From Hyalangium minutum (GTDB lineage Bacteria > Myxococcota > Myxococcia > Myxococcales > Myxococcaceae), in contig NZ_JMCB01000006.1 in assembly GCF_000737315.1 (NCBI RefSeq), forward strand, positions 558,001 to 622,000: 64,000 bases of DNA, written 5' to 3'. The position numbers and the translations under genes were made by a program. Positions 17,978 through 28,218 of the stretch are shown here, piece by piece; position 1 is the first letter of the stretch, and the number at the start of each line of letters is the position of its first letter. Below the pieces are notes generated by a model. It was not told the origin of the DNA. It did no database searches and saw only the letters and a program-made list of their open reading frames with translations.

Positions 17978-18766
17978 ATGACACCGAAACCGTTCCTCCT
18001 CCCCCTCGTCGCGGCGCTCCTGATGGCCGCGCCCGTCTTCGCCGCCCCCACGCACACCGGCACGTGGACGGCCAGCGCCAAGGAGTCCCAGCTCCAGCTG
18101 TCCCTGCGGATGAAGGGCGAGCCTGGCTCTCAGATGGGTTTCTCCGAGCCGCTCACCGCCTTCCAGGGCCTCTCCACCGCCGATGGCAGCACTGCGCCCT
18201 TCCGGATGACCCGCGAGGCCGGCACCTTCACCTTCGAGGGCCGCTTCTCCGGCGGCGAGGGCGCGGGCCACTTCCAGTTCGAACCGAACGAGTCCTACGC
18301 CAAGGCCATGGCCGGGCTGGGCTACCCGAAGCTCTCCTCGGAGGACCCGTTCAAGCTCGCGCTCTTCGACATCAGCACCTCCCGCATCAAGGAGTTGGCG
18401 GCGCTCGGGTACAAGGACATCCCGCTCAAGACGCTCTTCGAGGTGGGCATCTTCGACGTGACGCCGGAGTACATCCAGGCGCTCGCGGCGCTGGGGTACA
18501 CGAAGCTACCTTTGAAGGACTTGGTGGCGTTCCGCATCCACGGCGTGTCCCCGGAGTTCGTCCGGGAGATCCGCGGCATGGGCTTTCCCTCCATCTCCCA
18601 AGATGACCTGATGGCGTTCCGCATCCACGGGGTGACGCCGGCCTTCATCCGCGAGATGCGCGAGGCGGGTTACACGAACGCCACGGCGGATGACCTGGTG
18701 AAGCTCCGCATCCACGGGATTGACCGGGAGTTCGTGCGTTCCTTCTCGGGCAGCAAAGGGAAGTGA
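17978..18766 (+). CDS. Secreted protein with five 29-aa GVTPE-type repeats
   Basis: Signal peptide (AAPVFA); repeats such as LVAFRIHGVSPEFVREIRGMGF; AAGGAG RBS. Confidence 0.8.
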   Translation: MTPKPFLLPLVAALLMAAPVFAAPTHTGTWTASAKESQLQLSLRMKGEPGSQMGFSEPLTAFQGLSTADGSTAPFRMTREAGTFTFEGRFSGGEGAGHFQFEPNESYAKAMAGLGYPKLSSEDPFKLALFDISTSRIKELAALGYKDIPLKTLFEVGIFDVTPEYIQALAALGYTKLPLKDLVAFRIHGVSPEFVREIRGMGFPSISQDDLMAFRIHGVTPAFIREMREAGYTNATADDLVKLRIHGIDREFVRSFSGSKGK

Positions 18767-18873
18767 CGCGCGCAAGAAACCGTGAAATGGATGGCGCGCC
18801 CGTGCGTTCACCGGACTGCACCCGGTAGGCGCACGCCGTGAGGGGGGACGTCTTGAGGAACGGGGAGTCTGGA

Positions 18874-21438
18874 ATGCCGCGTCAGGGGCTGGCGCTCGCG
18901 CTGCTGCTGTCCGCCATGACCGCCCACGCGGCCGTCGAGGGACCCGGCCGCACCCAGTTCATCCAGGCCGCCCCGGCGCGCGGGGAAATCCGGGTGGACG
19001 GGAAGCTCGACGAGCCCTCCTGGGCCGGCGCCCCCTCCTTCGAGGCCTTCGTCCAGCGCTTCCCCACCGCGGGCGCTGTCCCCAGTGAGCGCACCGAGGT
19101 GCGCATCCTCTTCGACTCGGAGCGCGTCTACTTCGGCGTCATCGCTCATGACTCGAAGCCGGAGCTCATCGACCGGCGCCTGGGCCGCCGCGACAGCAGC
19201 CTCACCACGGACTCGGTCCAGCTCATCATCGACTCCACCCACGAGCACCGCACCGCCTACGCCTTCACGCTGAGCGCGGGCGGCGTGCAAGGGGACGGCC
19301 TGTTCTTCGATGACCGCAACTTCACCTCCGACTGGGACAGCGTGTGGGACGGAGCCTCCTCCCCCGTGGCGGACGGCTGGGTGGCCGAGTTCGCCATCCC
19401 CCTGTCCGTGCTGCGCTTCCCCGATGTGGCGACGCAGACCTGGGGGTTCTCGGTCCGCCGGCAGATCGCCCGCCTCAACGAGGAGATCGAGTCCGTGGAC
19501 AACCCGCGCACCAGCAACGCCACCGTCTCGCGGCTGGGCCACCTGACGGGGATGGAGGGCCTCAAGCCCCGGCGCGCGGTGGAGCTGTCGCCCTACCTGG
19601 CCACGCGCGGCATCCTCCGGCCGCAGTTCTCGGACTCGGCCGTGCCCACCCCGCGGCTGTTGGACCCCACGGTGGACGTGGGCCTGGACGTGAAGGCGGC
19701 GCTGACCAGTGATTTGGCCCTCAACGCCACCCTCAACCCGGACTTCGGACAGGTGGAGGCGGACCAGCTCATCCTCAACCTGTCCACCTTCGAGGCCTTC
19801 TTCCCGGAGAAGCGCTCCTTCTTCACGCAGGGCCTGGAGCTCTTCCAGCCGGTGGGCGGCTCCGTGGGCAATGTGCCGCAGTCGCTCTTCTACTCGCGGC
19901 GCATCGGCCTGAACACGCCCATCCTCGGCGCGGCGAAGCTGACGGGCACGGCGGTGAAGGGCCTGGAGGTGGGCGTGCTGGACGCGCTCGTCACCGGGCC
20001 TTGGCAGGAGCACGACGAAGAGCACCCGGACCGGCGCTGGCGCGTGCACTCCAGCCGCCCGCTGCACCTGGGCCCCAACAGCGCGCTGCCCGGCGAGCCC
20101 CAGCCCCCCACCAACTACTTCGCGGCGGTGGCGCGGGGCTCGGTGGGACAGAACTCCCGCGTGGGTGGCAGCTTCGCGGCGGCCACGCCCCTGGTGGGCG
20201 GGTGCACCCCCGAGGAGGCCGAGCTGGACGAGGAGGACCAACCCGCCGAGTGCCTGGCCCGAGGCGGAATGGGCGCCGCGGCGGACTTCGACGTGAAGAC
20301 CTCGGACAGCCAGTACGGCGTGCTGGGGCAGGTGGACGCCAGCCGCACCGTGGGCGGGCTGCCCGAGCGCACGCTGCGGGACGGCACGGTGCTGCGCCCC
20401 GGCTCCACCGGCTACGGTGGCTACGTGCGCGCGGGGAAGTTCGGCGGGGACGGCTTCCGCTTCGAGGTGGGCTACGACTTCTCCACCCCCACGCTGGACT
20501 TGAACGCCACGGGCTTCCAGCGCACGCAGAACGACCACTCGCCGCGGACCTGGCTGCGCTACCAGCGCTCCAATGGGGTGGGGCCGTTCCGAGCGCTCTC
20601 CCTCAACCTGGGAGGCGGCTCGAGCTGGACGACGGACGGGCGCGGCATCCACCGGGGCAACTGGGCGAACTTCAACGGCTACGTGCAGCTGCCCAGCTAC
20701 GACTACGTCGGCCTGGAGACGGGCATCAACTTCGGCGGCTATGACATCCGCGAGCTGGACCGCACAGGCATCCCGCTGGAGCAGGAGCGCAACAGCTTCT
20801 TCCTCCTCTTTGTGGAGACCAACGGCAACCGGCCGGTCGTGCTCAATGCCTACGCGGTGGTGGGCCACCATGAGCGCGGCCCCGCTCCGGGCGCCTGGGG
20901 CTGGGGTGGGGAAGCGTCGCTGTCGCTGCGGCCCCACCCGGCGCTGGAGACGCGCCTGGAGCTCAACGTGGACCGCACCGAGTTCGCCCCCCGCCACGTA
21001 GACACGCTGGAGGACCGGCGCTTCCTGCTGGCGAACCTGCAGTCCAACTTCATCTCCGTCACGCTGCGGCAGCAGTGGGTGCTGCGCCCGAACCTGACGC
21101 TGCAGGGCTACGCCCAGCTCTTCAGCGACTATGGCCTGTACGGCCCCTTCTTCGAGGCGGTGTCGGACGAGGCGCGCACGCCCATCCGCTTCGCCGCGCT
21201 GACGCCCACCGAGGCCCAGGCGGACAACTTCTACGACGTGGCGCTCAACCTCAACGTGGTGCTGCGCTGGGAGTACCGGCTGGGCTCCACGCTCTTCCTC
21301 GTGTACACGCGCTCGCAGCAGGGGCTGCCCACGCCGGACGGGGAGACACCGCCCGCCACCCTGCTGCCCCGGCGCCTGTTCTCCGGCCCCGCCACGGACG
21401 CCGTGCTCCTCAAGTGGAGCTACTACTGGACGGCCTGA
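18874..21438 (+). CDS. CBM9/DUF5916-like outer-membrane beta-barrel protein
   Basis: Signal peptide; IRVDGKLDEPSW, NPDFGQVEAD and FFPEKRSFF motifs; C-terminal aromatic strand. Confidence 0.8.
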   Translation: MPRQGLALALLLSAMTAHAAVEGPGRTQFIQAAPARGEIRVDGKLDEPSWAGAPSFEAFVQRFPTAGAVPSERTEVRILFDSERVYFGVIAHDSKPELIDRRLGRRDSSLTTDSVQLIIDSTHEHRTAYAFTLSAGGVQGDGLFFDDRNFTSDWDSVWDGASSPVADGWVAEFAIPLSVLRFPDVATQTWGFSVRRQIARLNEEIESVDNPRTSNATVSRLGHLTGMEGLKPRRAVELSPYLATRGILRPQFSDSAVPTPRLLDPTVDVGLDVKAALTSDLALNATLNPDFGQVEADQLILNLSTFEAFFPEKRSFFTQGLELFQPVGGSVGNVPQSLFYSRRIGLNTPILGAAKLTGTAVKGLEVGVLDALVTGPWQEHDEEHPDRRWRVHSSRPLHLGPNSALPGEPQPPTNYFAAVARGSVGQNSRVGGSFAAATPLVGGCTPEEAELDEEDQPAECLARGGMGAAADFDVKTSDSQYGVLGQVDASRTVGGLPERTLRDGTVLRPGSTGYGGYVRAGKFGGDGFRFEVGYDFSTPTLDLNATGFQRTQNDHSPRTWLRYQRSNGVGPFRALSLNLGGGSSWTTDGRGIHRGNWANFNGYVQLPSYDYVGLETGINFGGYDIRELDRTGIPLEQERNSFFLLFVETNGNRPVVLNAYAVVGHHERGPAPGAWGWGGEASLSLRPHPALETRLELNVDRTEFAPRHVDTLEDRRFLLANLQSNFISVTLRQQWVLRPNLTLQGYAQLFSDYGLYGPFFEAVSDEARTPIRFAALTPTEAQADNFYDVALNLNVVLRWEYRLGSTLFLVYTRSQQGLPTPDGETPPATLLPRRLFSGPATDAVLLKWSYYWTA

Positions 21439-21450
21439 GCCCTCCGCCGC

Positions 21451-21942
21451 TCACCCGTTGGTGCAGGCGCGCTGGAGCTGGAGGCGGGGCGCGCTCAGGG
21501 AGGCCGCGTGGTTCAGCACCTCGCGGCGCAGCGGCGTGTGCACCTGCCGGGCCTCGTCAAGGGTGAACTCGGGCTGGGCCTGGTACGCGGCCGACAGGCG
21601 GGAATAGGCCTCGGCCAGGCGCTCCACCTCCAGCCGGTAGTCCTCCAGGGAGCGCCGGAGCGCCACGTCCGGGATGTTCATCGCGCGCAGTTCCTCCGCC
21701 AGCTGCCGGAGCCGGAGGGCGTGCCGCTCGCAAGCCCACGGATCCGAGACGAAGTGCGGCGTCCTGTCCGTGGTGCGCAGCTCCTCCAGCACCCGGGTAT
21801 GCACCGTGGTGCAGAGCTCCGCCCTCATGCTGCCGCAGGCGGACAGCGCCACAGCGCTCACCAGGATGCCCGTGGCACGTCCCCACACACAGGGCCCGCG
21901 TGAACGCGGCAGGCCTCGAGAGCTCTCCAGGCGCATCGGCAT
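21451..21942 (-). CDS. Hypothetical helical lipoprotein
   Basis: Lipobox LSAC; amphipathic helices. Start uncertain (21942 or 21936). Confidence 0.5.
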   Translation of the reverse strand: MPMRLESSRGLPRSRGPCVWGRATGILVSAVALSACGSMRAELCTTVHTRVLEELRTTDRTPHFVSDPWACERHALRLRQLAEELRAMNIPDVALRRSLEDYRLEVERLAEAYSRLSAAYQAQPEFTLDEARQVHTPLRREVLNHAASLSAPRLQLQRACTNG

Positions 21943-22128
21943 GTCCCCCCTGTTGGACCCGGGCGTGGCCCGCAGCGTTCCCGGCCTCGAGGTGGGCGGA
22001 CAGTGGCCCCCGGTCAAACGTCGGAAACCTGGGGGCCCGAGGGTTCGAAACTCCACCCTGGAGCGTCCGGCGTGCGCGAGACCGGGCACTTGTGCCAGCG
22101 TGAAGGGGTGCTCTCTTGGAGGCTCTTG

Positions 22129-22584
22129 ATGCCGGGTGTCCGCCTCGCCGTGATGGGACTGCTGGTGCTGGCCGCTTGCTCCTCGGCGCCCAAGGCCCAC
22201 GTCCGCCCTGCTCCGCGGCATACCGAGGGGTGGCAGCCCGCCTGGGGCGAGGAGGGCGCCTACGGCTTCACACCCGAGAACCCCATCCACGTGGGGGGAG
22301 GCCCTTCGGGACAGCACGCCTTCCTGGAGGCGCTGCGCGGAGCCAACGGCGAGCCCCTGGCGTGGCGCCGGCTGGGCAGTTGCTGCGAGTTCGAGACGCC
22401 CAACAGCTTCATGGGCATGGGGCTGCTCGACTTGTACGAGGTGACGTACGAGGGCCTGGAGAAGCCCGTCATCCTCTACCTGGACATGTACGACTCCGGG
22501 CCGGTGGCGGCTCCCGCCGGCTTCCTGCTGCCGGAGGGCCATGAGACGGCGCCTCCCGGCAAGCCCAAGGTCATCGAGCTCTGA
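22129..22584 (+). CDS. Conserved hypothetical lipoprotein (GSCC motif family)
   Basis: Lipobox LAAC; YGFTPENPIHVGGGP, RLGSCC and LYLDMYD motifs; GGAGG RBS. Confidence 0.7.
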   Translation: MPGVRLAVMGLLVLAACSSAPKAHVRPAPRHTEGWQPAWGEEGAYGFTPENPIHVGGGPSGQHAFLEALRGANGEPLAWRRLGSCCEFETPNSFMGMGLLDLYEVTYEGLEKPVILYLDMYDSGPVAAPAGFLLPEGHETAPPGKPKVIEL

Positions 22585-22813
22585 GCTTTCCTCCTGCTCC
22601 TTCCCGCGGTGGCCTTTATTCCTGAGGGCCCTCTTCCTGCCCGCCCGGCGGCTATCCCTGCGACCCCTGAAAATCCGTGAAGCGTGAAGTCTTTTGCGTC
22701 CGCGCACGTCGGGGGCTGTAGGACTGTCAGAAGGTGGTTAGGTTCCGGCCCCGAGAGGCCCCCCCAGGCCGTGCCGGCGGCGCGGGCCGGGTTGCAGGAG
22801 GAGGACGTTCGCA

Positions 22814-25513
22814 ATGCAGGCTCAAAAGAAGAGGCGCTGGCCCTATGTGCTCGGGGGCATCCTCGCCGTGCTGGTGATTGCCGTGGCGGTGGTGCTGTGG
22901 CGGCTCGATGCCATTCTGTTGCAGCAGGCGCGCGCCCAGGCGGCCACGCTCTCGCAGCAGCTCGGGCGGCCGGTGGAGGTGGGCGGCATCTCCACGAAGC
23001 TGTTCCCCCACGTGGGAGTGGACGTGGACAACGTCACCGTGGGCCCCGCCGAGGGCGAGGAGCTGCCACTGACGCAGCTGAAGAACCTGGACGTGCGCGT
23101 GGCGGCCATGCCGCTGCTGCGCTCGAAGGGGCAGGACATCCAGGTGCTCAACGTGGAGGTGACGGGCCTGACGGTGAACGTCATCCGCCTGCCGGACGGC
23201 ACCACCAACGTGCAGCGGCTGATGGACAAGCTGGCGCAACAGCAGAAGCCAGAGGAGCCGCCCGCCGAGGAGCAGCCGCCCACGGACTTGTCCGGGGTGC
23301 GGGTGGAGCGCGCGGCGCTGACGGACGGCACCATCCGCTTCGTGGACCGCTCGGGCGAGAAGGCGCAGGAGCTGGCCATCTCTGACTTGGACATCGAGGT
23401 GAAGGACTTGCGGGTGGGCCAGCCGCTGGAGGTGAAGCTGGCGGCGGCGGTGCTGGCGCAGAAGCAGAATCTGTTCGCGACGCTGGCGGCGGCGCCGCTG
23501 CCGCCCACGCTGGTGCCGACGCCGGAGCGGCTCACGCTGAAGGCGGAGGCCATCGACCTGGCGCCACTGGGGCCGTACCTGCCTCCGAGCGTGGGGTTCC
23601 AGGCGGGCACGCTGACGGCGGACTGGAAGGCGGAGCTGGGAAGCGCGGTGCCGGGCGGCAAGGGGACCACGAAGCTGGAGGGCGTCATCAAGGCGCTCGG
23701 CCTGAAGTTCGCGGGGGCCGAGGGCGGCAAGGCGCTGGATGTGGTGCTGGACACGGATGTGAAGGCGGACCTGGACGCGGGAGACCTGGCGCTGGACCGG
23801 CTCAAGCTGGACTTCGGGCCGGCGGGCATCGAGGGCAAGGGCCGGGTGAAGGGGATGATGGGGAGCTCGCCCGCGGTGGAGGGCTTCGAGCTGAAGAGCC
23901 ATGACCTGGATCCAGAGGTGCTGGCCCAGTACTACCCGCCGCTGAAGAAGCAGCTCAACGGGATGATCGCCGGGCCGGTGGGGCTGTCGGTGAAGGGCAG
24001 CGGCACGCAGGAGGCGCAGGCGCTGAACCTGGACGTGGACCTGACGCCGGTGCGGCTGCGCGTACCGGAGCAGTTGACCAAGGAGGCAGGGGCGGCGATG
24101 CGGCTGACGGCGCGCCTGTCAGGGGCGGCGGCGAGCGGCGGCGCGCTGCGCTTCGACGCGAAGGCGGACCTGTCGGGGGCGGATCTGCGTCCGGGCCTGC
24201 TGCTGAGCAAGGCCCCAGGGCAGCGGATGGAGGTGGACGCTGCAGGCACCTACCAGCCGACGAAGGACGGGATGAAGGTGGACGTCAGCAAGCTGACAGC
24301 GAACGTGCTGGAGGACACGGTGAACGGCACGGCGTCGTTCGCGACGGCGGGCACGGGCAAGAAGGCGACGACGACGTTCGCGGCGGACTTGAAGACGCAG
24401 CGGCTGAACGCGGATGCGCTGCTGATGAAGGACGAGGAGATCATGGCGCGCAACAACGGGGTGTTGCCGCCGCCGCCGGATGATCCGACGCGCTTCAACG
24501 GGATGCGCGGGGACATCAAGATCCAGGCGGCCTCGGTGCGCTACAGCGAGCAGAACCTGTCCAACGTGGTGGGGCACATCACGATGGTGGATGACCTGAT
24601 CAAGGTGGAGAAGTTCTCCTCGGTGGCCTACGGCGGGACGGTGGTGGCGGATGGGACGCAGGTGAACCTGGGGCAGCTGCCGGAGAAGCGGGCGTTCGTG
24701 GCGAAGGTGCAGATGCAGAAGGTGGACATGGCGCAGGTGCTGGCGGCGCGCACGCCGAAGAAGGTGATGACGGGCGCGTTCAACGGGAACATCGACCTGC
24801 AGGGCGTGGGCTACACGCCGGAGAAGCTGAAGGAGACGCTGCTGGGGGCCATCAACGGGAACCTGGAGAACAGCACGTTCCTAGGCGTGGACGTGCTCTC
24901 GAAGGTGACGGAGCCGCTGGCCAAGGCGCTGCCGTTCGCGGCGAAGGCGCTGAAGAGCGGGGACATGACGCAGCTGGGAGAAAACCTGCCGTTCGGGGTG
25001 GAGATCAAGAACGGGGTGGCGCAGCTGGAGAAGCCCATCACGTGGACGCGGCCGGAGGGGGCCATGCGCTTCGAGGGCGGTATCCGGCTGGACGGGGTGC
25101 TGGATCTGACGGGCAATGTGTCGCTGACGCCGCAGACCATCAAGACGCTGACGCTGGGGAAGGTGACGCCCACGGAGGCCATTCCGGTGGGGATGAAGGT
25201 GACAGGCCCGGCGTGGGCGCCTGAGGTGACGGGGATCGACGTGAAGCCGGCGGCGCTGACGATCGCGAAGCTGGCGGCGACGGGGCTCGCGGGGCAGTTG
25301 CTGGGCGACAAGGCGAAACAGGTGCAGGACGTCATCTCGGGCGGCGAGCAGGCCGCGCGCGAGGAGGCCGAGCGCAAGAAGAAGGAGCTGGAGGCGAAAG
25401 CCGCCGAGGAGAAGGCAAAGCTGGAGGAGGCGGCACGGGCCGAGCAGGAGAAGGCGAAGAAGAAGGCAGAGGAGGAGGCCAAGAAGCGCCTGCGCGGCAT
25501 CCTCGGGAAGTAG
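22814..25513 (+). CDS. AsmA family protein
   Basis: N-terminal TM anchor, LGRPVEVGGI AsmA-N pattern, long beta-rich body, C-terminal coiled coil. Confidence 0.85.
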   Translation: MQAQKKRRWPYVLGGILAVLVIAVAVVLWRLDAILLQQARAQAATLSQQLGRPVEVGGISTKLFPHVGVDVDNVTVGPAEGEELPLTQLKNLDVRVAAMPLLRSKGQDIQVLNVEVTGLTVNVIRLPDGTTNVQRLMDKLAQQQKPEEPPAEEQPPTDLSGVRVERAALTDGTIRFVDRSGEKAQELAISDLDIEVKDLRVGQPLEVKLAAAVLAQKQNLFATLAAAPLPPTLVPTPERLTLKAEAIDLAPLGPYLPPSVGFQAGTLTADWKAELGSAVPGGKGTTKLEGVIKALGLKFAGAEGGKALDVVLDTDVKADLDAGDLALDRLKLDFGPAGIEGKGRVKGMMGSSPAVEGFELKSHDLDPEVLAQYYPPLKKQLNGMIAGPVGLSVKGSGTQEAQALNLDVDLTPVRLRVPEQLTKEAGAAMRLTARLSGAAASGGALRFDAKADLSGADLRPGLLLSKAPGQRMEVDAAGTYQPTKDGMKVDVSKLTANVLEDTVNGTASFATAGTGKKATTTFAADLKTQRLNADALLMKDEEIMARNNGVLPPPPDDPTRFNGMRGDIKIQAASVRYSEQNLSNVVGHITMVDDLIKVEKFSSVAYGGTVVADGTQVNLGQLPEKRAFVAKVQMQKVDMAQVLAARTPKKVMTGAFNGNIDLQGVGYTPEKLKETLLGAINGNLENSTFLGVDVLSKVTEPLAKALPFAAKALKSGDMTQLGENLPFGVEIKNGVAQLEKPITWTRPEGAMRFEGGIRLDGVLDLTGNVSLTPQTIKTLTLGKVTPTEAIPVGMKVTGPAWAPEVTGIDVKPAALTIAKLAATGLAGQLLGDKAKQVQDVISGGEQAAREEAERKKKELEAKAAEEKAKLEEAARAEQEKAKKKAEEEAKKRLRGILGK

Positions 25514-26149
25514 CAGAGTCTCGGAACTGCGGCGGGGAGTCGCTGCCCCGCCGCGGCTACCGAGAGCACCCGAACTCCGCGTACCTACTCGCGGATGATG
25601 GACTCGCCCTCGAATGCTTGCAGGGTGAGTCCGGCCGACTACACCACCTGGTTGCTGGCATAAACTCCGAATACGCACGATTCCCTTGGGCCACTCCCGA
25701 GAATGTCTTGGAGAACCCGTATACGGCTCGCGCTATCTCCCTGTTGCAGGTAGCGACCAAGTTGCTCGCCGAGTACGACGCGGCGCACGAGTAACGGAGA
25801 GGGCTAGCGCCGTCTGGAAGGGAGTGTCGAGCACCACGACACGGTCTGGCGACGGGAGGGACCTACACCAGCGCCAGCACCACCTGCTGCCCGGGCACAT
25901 GCGACCGGTGTCGGCACGCCGAGCACCTCGACCTTCTGGCACTGAGTTCCTCCGGCCGGGCCGCGAGTGGCCCCCCTTGGGCACCACGCAGGATCGTTGG
26001 AGCCCAAGTGCTGGGAAGAGCAGCATGCTCAGTCCAGCACCATGGGAGCGGTCGTTCCGCCTAGCCGTCTGTGGTCCGGCGGCTAGGCGCGTAGTTGGGA
26101 CTCGGTGCCAAGTTGAGCGGAGCGCCTTCGAAGTAAGCGCTGCGCGGCT

Positions 26150-27652
26150 TCAAGGAAGCAGTGCTCGGGCGGGTACTGACATAGTCCCCGACGTCCCATT
26201 ACCGAGCTGGCCGTAGTAGTTGTAGCCCCAGGCCCAAACGGAGCCATCGCTTCGCGGTGCCAACGAATGGTTGTTGCCTGCGACCAGGACGACGGCGTTG
26301 GTGAGGCTGGGCACCTGCACAGGCGAGGCCTGCCAGGTGGTAGTGCCATCGCCGAACTGGCCGTAAGCGTTGTAGCCCCACGCCCAGACGGTGCCGTCGC
26401 TACGCAGCGCCAGTGAGTGGCCGCCGCCTGCCGCGAGGACGGTGACGCTGGTGAGGCCGGGCACCTGCACCGGCAGGGCCCGCTGAGTGGTGGTCCCATC
26501 GCCGAGCTGGCCGTAGATGTTGTAGCCCCATGCCCAGACGGTGCCATCGCTTCGTAGCGCCAACGAGTGGTAACCACCGGCGGCTAGGGCGATGATGTTA
26601 GTGGTGTCGGGCACCTGCACCGGCGAAGCCTGGTAAACGGTGTCTGTCCCATCGCCGAGCTGGCCGTAGGCGCTGACACCCCAAGCCCAGACGGTGCCGT
26701 CGCTGTGCAGTGCTAAAGAATGGCGTACGCCGGCCGAGAGGACGGTGACGCCTGTGAGGCTGGGCACGCGTGATGGGAGGGTCCGCCGGGTGGTGGTTCC
26801 ATCACCGAGTTGACCGAATAGGTTGTCGCCCCATGCCCAGACGGTGCCGTCACTGCGCAGTGCCAAAGAGTGTCCGCCGCCGGCCGCGAGGGCAATGACG
26901 CTGGTGATGCCGAACACCTGCGCCGGCGAGGCCCGATGAGTGGTGGTCCCATCGCCGAGCTGGCCGAATGTGTTGTCGCCCCATGCCCAGACAGTGCCAT
27001 CGCCTCGTAGCGCCAGTGAGTGACTGCTACCTGCAGCCAGGGCGATGACGCTGGCGAGGCCGGGCACCTGCACCGGCGAGGCCCGATGGGATGTGGTCCC
27101 ATCACCGAGTTGGCCATAGCCGTTGTAGCCCCATGCCCAGACGGTGCCATCGTGCCGTAGCGCCAACGAGTGGTTGGCGCCAGCAACGACAGAGGGGGGA
27201 GGACATGATGTGGCCGTGAGGGTAAATGTCTTGGCAGTGGAAGCATAACTGCTGTTGGTAACGACGACGGTCACTGACGCGCTGGCGCCGGCGGGCACGC
27301 AGGCGGGTGAGGCCCAGATCACCTCGCTGGTGGTCTCGGTATTTGAAGGGGCGCCCAGTACCCCATGAGTGGCCGTCCATGCGAAGCTGAGTTGGGGCGA
27401 CTCGTCATCATGGGCGGTCACTCTGAAGGTGACGGTGCCGAGGTCTTGTACGGCGGTTGCGGACTGAGAGCTCTGAGTAATCGTCGGAGCTGTCGTGTCC
27501 GGCAGAGCGTCGTCGCCCACTGCGTGGCCGCATCGTGAAGGGTTGCGCTCGCAGAACGCGGCGGCCGCCTTTTCGAAGTCCGCACAGCCCGAGGCGACGA
27601 CAAGAAGAGCCGTGGCCAGCACGGCACGAAGACGTGACGCAGGGGAATTCAC
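26150..27652 (-). CDS. Lipoprotein with Ig-like domain and seven RCC1 repeats
   Basis: Lipobox ASGC; seven [31 protein letters not shown] units; more A/T third positions than flanking genes. Start uncertain. Confidence 0.85.
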   Translation of the reverse strand: MNSPASRLRAVLATALLVVASGCADFEKAAAAFCERNPSRCGHAVGDDALPDTTAPTITQSSQSATAVQDLGTVTFRVTAHDDESPQLSFAWTATHGVLGAPSNTETTSEVIWASPACVPAGASASVTVVVTNSSYASTAKTFTLTATSCPPPSVVAGANHSLALRHDGTVWAWGYNGYGQLGDGTTSHRASPVQVPGLASVIALAAGSSHSLALRGDGTVWAWGDNTFGQLGDGTTTHRASPAQVFGITSVIALAAGGGHSLALRSDGTVWAWGDNLFGQLGDGTTTRRTLPSRVPSLTGVTVLSAGVRHSLALHSDGTVWAWGVSAYGQLGDGTDTVYQASPVQVPDTTNIIALAAGGYHSLALRSDGTVWAWGYNIYGQLGDGTTTQRALPVQVPGLTSVTVLAAGGGHSLALRSDGTVWAWGYNAYGQFGDGTTTWQASPVQVPSLTNAVVLVAGNNHSLAPRSDGSVWAWGYNYYGQLGNGTSGTMSVPARALLP

Positions 27653-28008
27653 CGCACATTGTCCATTAGCGAGGCGTCTCACGAGAGCCAGAGGAGGCGG
27701 CAGGTTAAAAACGGCGTGAGAGTGCAGGCGATACCCCCAAGGAAGTACGCTTGGCGCGGTAACCGCCGCCACCCCAGATCCGTTTAGGTGCTGCCTCCAC
27801 CGACGCGTCTGTGGGAATGGACCCGGCTTAGGTCATCGCGCGGCCGACAGCGGCCAGACTGTCGGCGCCAAGCCCGAGGCAGAGATCGTTGCGGTCCTGG
27901 AGCAGCGCGACGTGCGGCCGGAGCACGAGCCCCCCGGCTGGGAGCAACTCAACGTGCAGCTAAGGGCACACCGTCGAGAACCTCCGGCGCGCGGCCGGGC
28001 CCCAAGGG

Positions 28009-28218
28009 CTACCCCTCCTCTGGCACGGTGGGCTGAGCCGCAGGGGCACCATTGGCCGGAACAGTTGGAAGGTCTCGGTCGGAGTAGAAACGCCTCAGCA
28101 CGTCCATGCGCTGTGTTGGGGTCATCGACGCGACCCACGCGAAGAACTCAGGCGGCAGGCTGTCGGGGTCCTGGCCGAGAACTGGGGTCGGCGCCTCGTG
28201 AGGCTCACCGCTGCTCAT
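28009..28218 (-). CDS. Small hypothetical protein
   Basis: ATGA overlap with the upstream lipoprotein stop. Confidence 0.45.
   Translation of the reverse strand: MSSGEPHEAPTPVLGQDPDSLPPEFFAWVASMTPTQRMDVLRRFYSDRDLPTVPANGAPAAQPTVPEEG

Noticed and set aside
22031-22060. GGTTCGAAACTCC resembling a tRNA T-loop
   Set aside because: The T-stem does not pair fully, and there is no acceptor stem, D-arm or anticodon arm.
25529-25554. 9-bp GC hairpin after asmA as an intrinsic terminator
   Set aside because: No U-tract on either strand; at most a stabilising hairpin.
26150-27190. Near-identical 150-bp units as a CRISPR array or DGR template/variable repeats
   Set aside because: They are in-frame RCC1 blades with synonymous variation; there are no spacers, cas genes or reverse transcriptase in the window.
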